DNA from: Candidatus Bathyarchaeia archaeon
Lineage (GTDB): Archaea; Thermoproteota; Bathyarchaeia; Bathyarchaeales; Bathycorpusculaceae
Direction of reading: 5' to 3'
Length of the DNA stretch: 64,000 nucleotides
Assembly (NCBI GenBank): GCA_038883795.1
Contig: JAVZLK010000006.1
Span: 29,444 to 93,443, forward strand
This document shows, piece after piece, positions 55,812 through 64,000 of this stretch (positions are counted from its first letter, which is position 1; each line of letters opens with the position of its first letter). Both the position numbers and the translations under genes were made by a program. The notes under the pieces were generated by a model that ran no database searches, was not told where the DNA came from, and was given only the letters and a program-made list of their open reading frames with translations.

Positions 55812-56870
55812 ATGAAGAAAACTTTAGTCCTAAAAGTTGATTCCCAAAAACCAGAAATAGAAAAAATTCAAACGGCAGCCAACATCATCAAGAGTGGCGG
55901 TTTAGTGGCTTTTCCAACAGAAACAGTTTATGGCTTGGGGGCAGACGCCCTGAATGCAAAAGCTGTTTTAGCCTTGTTTGAAGCAAAAAAAAGACCATTA
56001 GATAATCCGCCCATAGTGCATGTTGGAAAAATAGAAAACGTCTATAAACTGGTGAAGGAAGTTTCACCAAAAGCCAAAATACTCATGGAAAGATTTTGGC
56101 CTGGACCCTTAACTTTAATCTTCAAACGTTCCAGTGTTGTGCCGAGCGTGACTGTTGCTGGTTTAGACACTATTGCAATTAGGATGCCGAGGCACAATGT
56201 TGCTTTAGCATTGTTAAGAGAGAGTAACTGTCCGATAGCGGCTCCAAGCGCAAACCTAGCGGGAAAACCAAGCCCCACGTCTGCGAGTCATGTTCTCGAA
56301 GATCTTAATGGCAGAATAGATGCAGTTTTGGATGCTGGACCTACGCATATTGGGGTGGAATCCACAGTTTTAGACATGACAGTTGAGCCTCCACAAATTT
56401 TGCGTCCAGGCGGAACACCATACGAGGATTTGAAGAAGATTTTGGGTAATGTGGAGCTTCATCCAGTTGCAATTGCGGATAAGGAAGTAGCCATCGAAAA
56501 GGCACGTTCGCCCGGCGTGAAGCATAAGCATTATGCTCCAAACGCCGAAGTGGTTCTTGTGGAAGGAGAAGCCTCAAAGATTGTTGGTAAAGTGAAGGAG
56601 CTCGTGGATTTTTACAAGCAAGAGAACAAGCGTGTCGGCGTTCTTACAACGGATGAAAACTTTAATTGTTATAGGGCTGATGTTGTGAAGTCTCTCGGAA
56701 GCAGAAAAAACTTGACGGTGATTGCAAACAATCTCTTTAGGCTTTTGAGAGAGTTTGATTCTGAAAGGGTTGATGTTATAGTTGCCGAAGGCTTGCCAAT
56801 GGAAGGGTTGGGTTTGGCTGTTATGAATAGGCTTAGGAAGGCTGCGGGATACAAAATTTTTAAAGCATAA
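55812..56870 (+). CDS. sua5: Threonylcarbamoyl-AMP synthase Sua5
   Basis: AFPTETVYGLG, K.RP.DNP.IVH, FWPGPLT, APSAN, G.ESTV, SPG...HYAP, NRL.KAA. Confidence 0.96.
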   Translation: MKKTLVLKVDSQKPEIEKIQTAANIIKSGGLVAFPTETVYGLGADALNAKAVLALFEAKKRPLDNPPIVHVGKIENVYKLVKEVSPKAKILMERFWPGPLTLIFKRSSVVPSVTVAGLDTIAIRMPRHNVALALLRESNCPIAAPSANLAGKPSPTSASHVLEDLNGRIDAVLDAGPTHIGVESTVLDMTVEPPQILRPGGTPYEDLKKILGNVELHPVAIADKEVAIEKARSPGVKHKHYAPNAEVVLVEGEASKIVGKVKELVDFYKQENKRVGVLTTDENFNCYRADVVKSLGSRKNLTVIANNLFRLLREFDSERVDVIVAEGLPMEGLGLAVMNRLRKAAGYKIFKA

Positions 56871-56873
56871 GCC

Positions 56874-56890
56874 TAGAAAAGTTTATATTT
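56874..56890 (+). promoter_or_regulatory. BRE/TATA promoter of thermosome gene
   Basis: AGAAAAG followed by TTTATATT; GGAGGTGA SD before ATG 56971. Confidence 0.5.
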
Positions 56891-56970
56891 AAGTGTTTTT
56901 CGTGTAAAATTCTGCTTGTTTCAGCTTGACAATTATATTGCATAAAAGGTTTATGTGGAGGTGATGGAAA

Positions 56971-58617
56971 ATGGCGGCTGTACCTTCAGGAACCGTTCCC
57001 GTCTTGGTGCTGAAGGAAGGAACCGGAAGAACGACCGGAAGGGAAGCTCAAAGGAACAATATTATGGCTGCGAAGATAATAGCTGAAACTATTAAGACAA
57101 CTTTGGGACCGAAGGGCATGGATAAGATGCTTGTCAGCAGCTTCGGAGACGTCTCCATAACGAACGACGGTGCCACAATAATGAAGGAGCTTGATGTGCA
57201 GCATCCCGCAGCCAAAATGCTTGTTGAAGTTGCAAAAGCCCAAGACAACGAGGTAGGCGATGGAACAACAACAGCCGTGGTTTTGGCTGGAGAACTTCTA
57301 AGTAAGGCTGAAAATCTATTAGACCAGAACATTCACCCCACAGTTATTATTGACGGATACAAGAAAGCCAGCGAAAAAGCTCAAGAAGTTTTGGAGAAAA
57401 TGGCAATTCCAATAAGCATCAAGGATGACGAGCGCTTAATAGATGTGGCTATAACTTCCATGGGAAGCAAGGGCATTACAGTGGCGAAAGAGCACTTCGC
57501 CAAGTTGGCAGTGGAAGCGGTTAAGCAGGTTGCCGAAGAAAAGGATGGAAAGCTCAAAGCGGACATCGACTTAATAAAAGTTTTGAAAAAGCATGGAAAA
57601 AGCCTTGAAGAAACTGAACTTGTCAAAGGTATGGTTATTGACAAAGAGGTTGCTCACCCACAAATGCCAAAGCTTGTCACCAACGCAAAGATTGCTTTGC
57701 TTAATGCCAAGCTTGAGATTGAGAAGACAGAGTTTGACGCTAAAATAAACATTGAAAGTCCAGAGCAGATGAAGCTCTTTTTGGATGAAGAAGAGCGCAT
57801 GCTGAAAGAGATGGTTGACAAAATCGCTGAGACTGGGGCTAATGTTGTCTTCTGCGAAAAGGGTATAGACGATGTAGCATTGCACTTCTTGGCAAAACGG
57901 GGCATTTTGGCAGTAAAAAACGTAAGCAGCAGCGACATGGAGAAACTCGCCAAGGCTACTGGAGGCAAAATAATGGCAAGCGTTAAAGAATTAACTGCAG
58001 ATGTGCTTGGAGAAGCAAAAATTGTGGAAGAAGTAAAGATTGGCGACGACAAGCTTGTTTATGTGAGGGAATGCAAGAACCCGAAGGCTGTTACGATAGT
58101 TGTCAGAGGCGGGACAGAACATGTCGTAGATGAAGCAGAACGCTCACTGCATGACGCCTTATGCGTGGTGAGAAACGCCATCGAAGACGGCAAAATCGTC
58201 GCTGGAGGCGGCGCTCCAGAGGCGCATGTGGCAAGGCATTTGAGAGAGTATGCGGTTAAGGTTGGTGGAAGAGAACAGTTGGCTATTGAAGCCTTTGCCG
58301 ATGCCATTGAGGCTATTCCCTTGACTTTGGCTGAAAACGCTGGTTTAGACCCCATTGACATTATGGTTGCTTTAAGAGCCAAACACGAAAGCGCAGCATC
58401 CCCATCCTATGGCGTTGATGTTTTTTCAGGCAAGGTCAGAGACATGCTTGAACTGAACGTTGTCGAACCCTTGCGTGTAAAACAGCAAGTGGTCAAGTCA
58501 GCCACAGAAGCAGCAAACATGATACTGAAGATTGACGATTTAATTGCAGCAAAAGGCATGGAAAAAGAAGCGAAGGAAAAGAAACCGCCTAAAGGACCAT
58601 CAGAATTCGAAGAGTAA
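56971..58617 (+). CDS. ths: Thermosome (group II chaperonin) subunit
   Basis: [41 protein letters not shown]. Confidence 0.98.
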   Translation: MAAVPSGTVPVLVLKEGTGRTTGREAQRNNIMAAKIIAETIKTTLGPKGMDKMLVSSFGDVSITNDGATIMKELDVQHPAAKMLVEVAKAQDNEVGDGTTTAVVLAGELLSKAENLLDQNIHPTVIIDGYKKASEKAQEVLEKMAIPISIKDDERLIDVAITSMGSKGITVAKEHFAKLAVEAVKQVAEEKDGKLKADIDLIKVLKKHGKSLEETELVKGMVIDKEVAHPQMPKLVTNAKIALLNAKLEIEKTEFDAKINIESPEQMKLFLDEEERMLKEMVDKIAETGANVVFCEKGIDDVALHFLAKRGILAVKNVSSSDMEKLAKATGGKIMASVKELTADVLGEAKIVEEVKIGDDKLVYVRECKNPKAVTIVVRGGTEHVVDEAERSLHDALCVVRNAIEDGKIVAGGGAPEAHVARHLREYAVKVGGREQLAIEAFADAIEAIPLTLAENAGLDPIDIMVALRAKHESAASPSYGVDVFSGKVRDMLELNVVEPLRVKQQVVKSATEAANMILKIDDLIAAKGMEKEAKEKKPPKGPSEFEE

Positions 58618-58716
58618 ACAAGAATAAGCCCCATTTTCTTTTCTCCATATTTTTGGTGTAAAAATCAACCAATACGGGTAGCTCTCTCTAGATTTTCACA
58701 AGATTACGTATTTGCC

Positions 58717-58965
58717 TTAAGTTTTCTTTTTAAGTCCAAAAATTGTATATAGCAAGATGATTAATGCAATAAGACCTATAATGTGGGCTATGGGGTAGCC
58801 TACGTCAGAACGGCGACTAAACGCCAACCAAATGTCTCCTTGAAGATAAGCATCATATACTCTAACAATCATGGCTGCAGAGTACATGACAACAACCGCA
58901 ATTAGCAAATAAAACTTTAAACTATGTTTTTGTGCTTGAATTTGGTCTTTCAAAGGTTTTCGCAT
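58717..58965 (-). CDS. Small 2-TM hypothetical protein
   Basis: Two hydrophobic segments; starts 2 nt after hutU stop. Confidence 0.55.
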   Translation of the reverse strand: MRKPLKDQIQAQKHSLKFYLLIAVVVMYSAAMIVRVYDAYLQGDIWLAFSRRSDVGYPIAHIIGLIALIILLYTIFGLKKKT

Positions 58966-58966
58966 C

Positions 58967-60622
58967 CTACTTTAGCATGGGCATTTTGACGCCTTTCTCT
59001 TTGGCTATTTTCTTTGCCTTTTCATAGCCTGCATCCGCATGCCTCACTATGGCTGTGCCTGGGTCTGTTGTTAGGACGGTTGTTATGCGTTTTTCTGCTT
59101 CTTTTGTGCCGTCCGCCACCAAACACATACCAGCATGAATGCTATAGCCTATGCCTACTCCCCCGCCATGGTGAACGCTGACCCATGTGGCTCCGCCGAC
59201 AGCGTTAATTAAAGCGTTAAGGATTGGCCAGTCTGCCACTGCGTCGCTTCCGTCCATCATGCCTTCTGTTTCGCGGTTTGGTGAGGCTACGCTTCCGCCG
59301 TCAAGGTGGTCTCTCCCAATCCATACGGGTCCGCTGAGGCTTCCGTCAGCAACCATGTCATTCATTATTTTTCCGAAGCGGGCTCTTTCGCCGAAGCCAA
59401 GCCAACAAACCCTCGCGGGCAACCCTTGAAACTTAACCTGCTCTTTTGCCTTTTGTATCCAACGGCACAACTCCTTATTGTAGGCGAATTCCTTCAAAAT
59501 AACATCGTCAAGCTTGTAAATGTCTTCTGGGCTGCCCACAAGCGAAGTCCAACGGAATGGTCCCCTACCCTCACAGAACATCGGCCTAATATAGCGTTGG
59601 ACAAAGCCTGGATAGGCAAAAGCGTCTTTGAATCCAGCATTGTAAGCTTGTTGTCTTAGGTTGTTGCCATACTCGAAGGCTACTGCGCCCTTCTCCATCA
59701 TTTTAACCATGGTCTCCACTTGAAGCCTCATGCTTTCGCTTGCTCGCTGCAAATACTCTTTTGGATCGTTTAATCGCAGTTCATCCGCCTCTTCTTTGGA
59801 TAAGCCTGCGGGATAATAGCCGTTTAATGGGTCGTGGGCTGAGGTTTGGTCTGTTAAGACGTCTGGGATTATTCCCCGCTTTAATAGTTCTGGATGCACC
59901 TCGGCTGCATTGCCCAATAAGCCTATGCTTCTTGGGATGGCATCTCTTTTTGCTTCTAATGCCAGTTTTACGGCTTCGTCCAAATCGTCAGTCCACATTT
60001 CCAAATACTTGTGTTTGAGCCTTCTGTCGATGGCTCGCTTATCGACTTCCACAACTAACGCGACACCATCATTCATTGTAACGGCTAAGGGTTGGGCGCC
60101 TCCCATTTCGCCCAAACCAGCGGTTAAAACAAGCCTTCCACGCAGAGAACCGCCAAAATGTTCTTTGGCTACGGCGGCTAAGGTTTCGTATGTTCCTTGC
60201 AGTATTCCTTGTGTTCCAATGTAAGCCCATGAGCCAGCAGTCATCTGCCCAAACATGATTAAGCCCTTCTGTTCCAACTCGTAAAAATAGTCCCAAGTAG
60301 CCCATTTTGGCACAAGCATGGCGTTAACGATTAAGGCTCTTGGCGCCCACTCGTGAGTCTTGAAAACAGCTACTGGCTTGCCGCTTTGAACAAGCATGGT
60401 TTCGTCGGGCTCAAGTTCAATTAAAGTTTCAACAATACGCTTGAAGCATTCCCAGTTTCTGGCAGCCCTTCCAGTTCCGCCATAAACAATAAGCTTTTCA
60501 GGGTCTTTAGCCACTTCTGGGTCAACAACATTATAGAGCATACGAAGTATGCCTTCAATCTGCCAGTTTTTACAATGCAATTCTGGACCAGTCAAACATT
60601 TTACGGGTCTTTCAATTTTCAA
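58967..60622 (-). CDS. hutU: Urocanate hydratase
   Basis: [57 protein letters not shown]. Confidence 0.98.
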   Translation of the reverse strand: MKIERPVKCLTGPELHCKNWQIEGILRMLYNVVDPEVAKDPEKLIVYGGTGRAARNWECFKRIVETLIELEPDETMLVQSGKPVAVFKTHEWAPRALIVNAMLVPKWATWDYFYELEQKGLIMFGQMTAGSWAYIGTQGILQGTYETLAAVAKEHFGGSLRGRLVLTAGLGEMGGAQPLAVTMNDGVALVVEVDKRAIDRRLKHKYLEMWTDDLDEAVKLALEAKRDAIPRSIGLLGNAAEVHPELLKRGIIPDVLTDQTSAHDPLNGYYPAGLSKEEADELRLNDPKEYLQRASESMRLQVETMVKMMEKGAVAFEYGNNLRQQAYNAGFKDAFAYPGFVQRYIRPMFCEGRGPFRWTSLVGSPEDIYKLDDVILKEFAYNKELCRWIQKAKEQVKFQGLPARVCWLGFGERARFGKIMNDMVADGSLSGPVWIGRDHLDGGSVASPNRETEGMMDGSDAVADWPILNALINAVGGATWVSVHHGGGVGIGYSIHAGMCLVADGTKEAEKRITTVLTTDPGTAIVRHADAGYEKAKKIAKEKGVKMPMLK

Positions 60623-60702
60623 AGGGACACGCCTCTAATATGAATGGAAAAGCAGAGAAAATTAATAACTGTTTGGAATGCTTATATTTTTAGAGATGAA
60701 GT

Positions 60703-61718
60703 ATGAAGTGGCGTCTTTTAGGCATAGTTTTAGGTTTGGCTGGTTTGTTGTGTTTTGCTTTTGTTTATCAGTATCTCATTTTACATATCCGCCGAGCCCG
60801 ATATTATTGTGCACTCGCGCCTTACAATTTTAATGGTGGGTCAAGTCTTAACAAAACCGAATTTACGCAACATTTGAATATTGTTAAAGATTTGGGATTT
60901 CAAGGCATTGTTGTTCATACCATGGAAAGTTTCTATGATGAAGGATTGCTTGATTGGTTATTTGAGGTTGCAGAAAACCGCAGTTTAGACGTTATGCTTG
61001 CAGTTTACTATTTCAACCGCACATACCATTTTCCCTTTCCAAATGAAACATGGAACCGCGCTGGTTTCATGATTAATGATGCCGAACTCTATCTTTTTGC
61101 AGATTATCTAAAAAATGTTAGCCAAATCGCAATCACACATTCTAAATTTAAAGTTACATTCTCTTTTACGTTTTCGGCTTTGCCCATGAAAACCGCACTT
61201 GGTGGCTAGAACAAATCAAAACTGCAGAATATGCAAGAAGAATGCAAATTTTAATTTCCGCTTTAAACGATAGCAAACCTCTTTACTTAACTGCTGAACC
61301 TTGGGGTGCAGAAAACAGCATAGAAGAAGTTTACGAATATCTTCCCAAAAATTTTACTGGCATTGACGGATTTGCCTTGCAAGGATATAACTTTGTAATG
61401 GATAATGTTCAATTTGAAGAAGTCGTGGTAAAGCAAGCTGATTTTTGGAAACAATATTTCAAGGAAATCCATATTGCAGAGTTTGGTTACCGAACAATGG
61501 TGACCGATACCCACCATGGTTTGGCTTCAAGTCAAGAATCTAAAGCGAATATGATTAGAGAGTTTGTCAAGAAAACATGGACATGGAACAGTTTTGTAAC
61601 ATATAATTTCTTAACAGACTTTTGGGAAAATAACACGAAAGTTAACTGGGGATTAATTTTTGACAATCAAACTTACAGACCTGCAGCTTATGCTTTCAAA
61701 GAAATGTTAAAAAATTAA
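60703..61718 (+). pseudogene. Membrane-anchored glycoside-hydrolase-like TIM-barrel gene split by a frameshift (about 61152-61160)
   Basis: N-terminal TM, ..DLGF.GI, LDVML; second frame open from 61152 (YILFYVFG..) to IHIAEFGY and NWGL..RPAAY. Confidence 0.6.
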
Positions 61719-61735
61719 ACGAAATTTTGTGCATT

Positions 61736-63055
61736 TTATTCTTCTTCTTTCATTATTGGGAACTCGCTTCGGCTTGCCTCCTTGTCGATGACTATTCTGC
61801 CATTCTTAATCACCTTATCAACCAAATTCGCACCGAAATGGTAGCCCAAAAACTTGTGGTTCGGCACATCTAAGACTATTATGTCAGCTTTTTTGCCAAC
61901 CTCTAAACTCCCAATTTCGTTAGCTCTTCCAATGGCGTGGGCAGCGTTTATTGTAGTTGCGGTTAAGGCTTCAGCAGATGTTAACTTCATAAAATGACAA
62001 GCGAGGGCTATAACTAACTGCATGTTTTCAACCAAACAGTTGGGATTAAAATCTGTGCCTAAAGCTATTGGAACACCCAAATCCACCATCAACCTCGCAT
62101 CTGCATACTTTCCAAGCATCAAACTGAAGGCGGCCGCTGGAAGCAAAACTGCAATTACGCCTTTATTTGCCATGGCTTTCAAGCCTTCAACAGAAGAGAA
62201 GAGCAGATGGTCAGCGGAAACTGCGCCGATATCTGCCGCAAGTTCGGCTCCGCCCAAAGTACTCATTTCGTCAGCGTGAATCTTGGGTTTTAAACCAAAA
62301 TTTTTTCCAGCAACCAAAATCCGCTTGCTCTGCTCCAAACTGAAAACATTCCTTTCACAAAAAACATCGCAGAACTCTGCCAACTTTTTCTCAGCAACTT
62401 TTGGAAGAGTTTCCTCAACTATTAGGTTCACATATTCATGCGAATTAGCCCTATATTCTGGCGGGATAGCGTGAGCGCCGAGAAATGTGGGAACAACATC
62501 CACGCAATGTAGTTGGTTAATGCGTTTTATAGCTTCTAAAATTTTTAACTCATCCTTTGTTGTTAAGCCATATCCACTTTTGGCTTCAACGGTTGTGGCG
62601 CCATACTCCAACATGACATCAAGCCTTTTAAGCCCAGAATCCACAAGTTTTTCAACACTTGCCTTCCGTGTTTCTCTAACAGTTTTTAGTATGCCACCAC
62701 CACTGCTTAGAATTTCCATGTAAGAGGCGCCTTCCACTCGCATTTGAAATTCGTCTTCTCGAAAACCAGCAAAAACAAGATGCGTATGTGGATCCACAAA
62801 GCCTGGCATGACAGTTTTTCCATGGGCGCTTATCACGGTTTCAGCTTTGAAAGCCTTTGCCACTTCGGTGGTTTTTCCAACAGCAACTATCCTTCCATCT
62901 TTCACGGCTAAGGCTCCATTCCGTATTATTCCAAGCTCCCGCATTTGCTTGCCAACGAGTGGTTTTTGGCTTGCTCCAGCCAATGTGATAAGCTCTTCAG
63001 CATTCACAATAAGTAAGTCTACTTTTTCTCTTGCTTTCGCTTTTGTTTTACTCAA
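61736..63055 (-). CDS. hutI: Imidazolonepropionase (start TTG 63055 or 63073)
   Basis: PGFVDPHTH, GGGIL.TV, EAKSGYGL, TFLGAHA, DVFCE, HADE, SADHL, TDFNP. Confidence 0.97.
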   Translation of the reverse strand: MSKTKAKAREKVDLLIVNAEELITLAGASQKPLVGKQMRELGIIRNGALAVKDGRIVAVGKTTEVAKAFKAETVISAHGKTVMPGFVDPHTHLVFAGFREDEFQMRVEGASYMEILSSGGGILKTVRETRKASVEKLVDSGLKRLDVMLEYGATTVEAKSGYGLTTKDELKILEAIKRINQLHCVDVVPTFLGAHAIPPEYRANSHEYVNLIVEETLPKVAEKKLAEFCDVFCERNVFSLEQSKRILVAGKNFGLKPKIHADEMSTLGGAELAADIGAVSADHLLFSSVEGLKAMANKGVIAVLLPAAAFSLMLGKYADARLMVDLGVPIALGTDFNPNCLVENMQLVIALACHFMKLTSAEALTATTINAAHAIGRANEIGSLEVGKKADIIVLDVPNHKFLGYHFGANLVDKVIKNGRIVIDKEASRSEFPIMKEEE

Positions 63056-63968
63056 ATTCACCGCCTTTTTCAATGGCGTTTTGTATGGCTACTTCCAACA
63101 CTCGATTTTCGTTTAAGTTGTCAATTTTTAAATAATATGTGGCTATGTCAATAAGTGCTTTTAACGGTGCCATACCGCAAAATTCTGAACCCAAAATTGG
63201 AACGTTATAACGGGCAGCCTCAATTTTAAGCAGTTCAAAAACACGATAAAGCGGAGTTTTTTCAAAATCGCTTATACTCATACCTATCTGCGTAATTTTT
63301 TTCTCCGGAATATAAGCAGCCATGGCTTTAACATTTGAAAAACCACCCTTCTTCGCATGCAAAGCCTTAGCAATCTTCTTCGCAATATTCAAATCAGCAG
63401 TGCCAAGGTTAACGTTAAAACCAGCCATCACCTTCCTTGCACCAGTTACTGTTGCGCCCGCCGTTGGATGCGGTTTTGCTGGACCAAAATCTGGTTTGCG
63501 TTCAGGTTTAACAATATTTTCAGCCAACCGCTCATACTCGCCTTCCCTTATCCAATCCAAATCCTTACGCTCATTTTTTGAAGCTGCTTCACCATAAAGA
63601 TAAACGGGAACATTACATTTCTTTGCTAAGGTTTTTCCAAAATTTCTTGCAAGTGCAACACAATCTTCCATCGTAACGTTTTTTATTGGTATGAAGGGAA
63701 CCACATCCACAGCCCCTATACGGGGATGCTGCCCCTTATGCTTTCGCATGTCAATAAGCTCTATAGCTTTAATTGCAGATTTTAAAGCAGCCTCAAAAAC
63801 TGATTTTTTATCACCAACAAAGGAAACAACTAAGCGGTTATAGTAGTCGTCGAAAGTGTAGTCTAAAAGAAAGATGTTCTTAACAGCCTTGATTTCTTTG
63901 AGAATCGAATCAACAATTTTTGAGTCTGAAGTGCTGAAGTTGGGCACGCACTCGATTATTTCTTTCGT
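63048..63968 (-). CDS. ftcd: Glutamate formiminotransferase (FTCD N-terminal part); apparent ACG start at 63968
   Basis: (T)KEIIECVPNFS, D..YNR, IDMR.H.G.HPRIGAVDVVPF.P, PDFGP..HPTAGA...GAR. Confidence 0.93.
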   Translation of the reverse strand, partial: TKEIIECVPNFSTSDSKIVDSILKEIKAVKNIFLLDYTFDDYYNRLVVSFVGDKKSVFEAALKSAIKAIELIDMRKHKGQHPRIGAVDVVPFIPIKNVTMEDCVALARNFGKTLAKKCNVPVYLYGEAASKNERKDLDWIREGEYERLAENIVKPERKPDFGPAKPHPTAGATVTGARKVMAGFNVNLGTADLNIAKKIAKALHAKKGGFSNVKAMAAYIPEKKITQIGMSISDFEKTPLYRVFELLKIEAARYNVPILGSEFCGMAPLKALIDIATYYLKIDNLNENRVLEVAIQNAIEKGGEFE

Positions 63969-64000
63969 ACGCTTTCCCCCTTAAGGCACAAACTCTTAAG

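Noticed and set aside
61141-61209. Programmed -1 frameshift at TTTAAAG in the GH-like gene
   Set aside because: The heptamer is not in X XXY YYZ phase with the upstream frame, so a simple indel is more likely.
1-64000. CRISPR array, tRNA, rRNA, IS element or integrase
   Set aside because: Intergenic gaps are short. I saw no regularly spaced repeats, cloverleaf/T-loop motifs or transposase/integrase ORFs.

Overview
Gene-dense archaeal chromosomal window, most consistent with Bathyarchaeia (TACK). This is inferred from PolB1, a TackOD1-type protein, SMC-ScpAB, the exosome/proteasome superoperon and frequent TTG/GTG starts. Most of it is housekeeping: gltX (5'-truncated), srp19, rps8e, smc-scpA-scpB, psmA-SBDS-rrp4-rrp41-rrp42-rpl37ae-brix-pcc1-pfdB, an ECF energising module, hxlB, nfo, two moeA, speB, RsmB/NOP2, polB1, aglB and GPT, gcvT, topA, carS, radB, Clp1, UbiD, sua5, thermosome and hutU/hutI/FTCD. 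Accessory elements are a flavodiiron/hemerythrin-PAS stress operon with a perfect palindromic operator, a type IV pilus locus with a giant nested-domain pilin, a vapBC pair and several broken genes (nth, a glycoside-hydrolase-like gene, a membrane hydrolase remnant). I found no tRNA, rRNA, CRISPR array or IS element. The most interesting signals are: (1) a GC-rich structured 5' leader with an anti-Shine-Dalgarno sequence in front of queT, a candidate new archaeal riboswitch; (2) eukaryote-like proteins (an OSTC/DC2-like subunit near aglB, a PAC4-like chaperone, and an unlisted eL41); (3) three genes that appear to need ATA/ACG start codons; (4) a YqgF-like nuclease coupled to Clp1 kinase; (5) the Russian-doll pilin. 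Family assignments come from motif recognition by eye, not from database searches.
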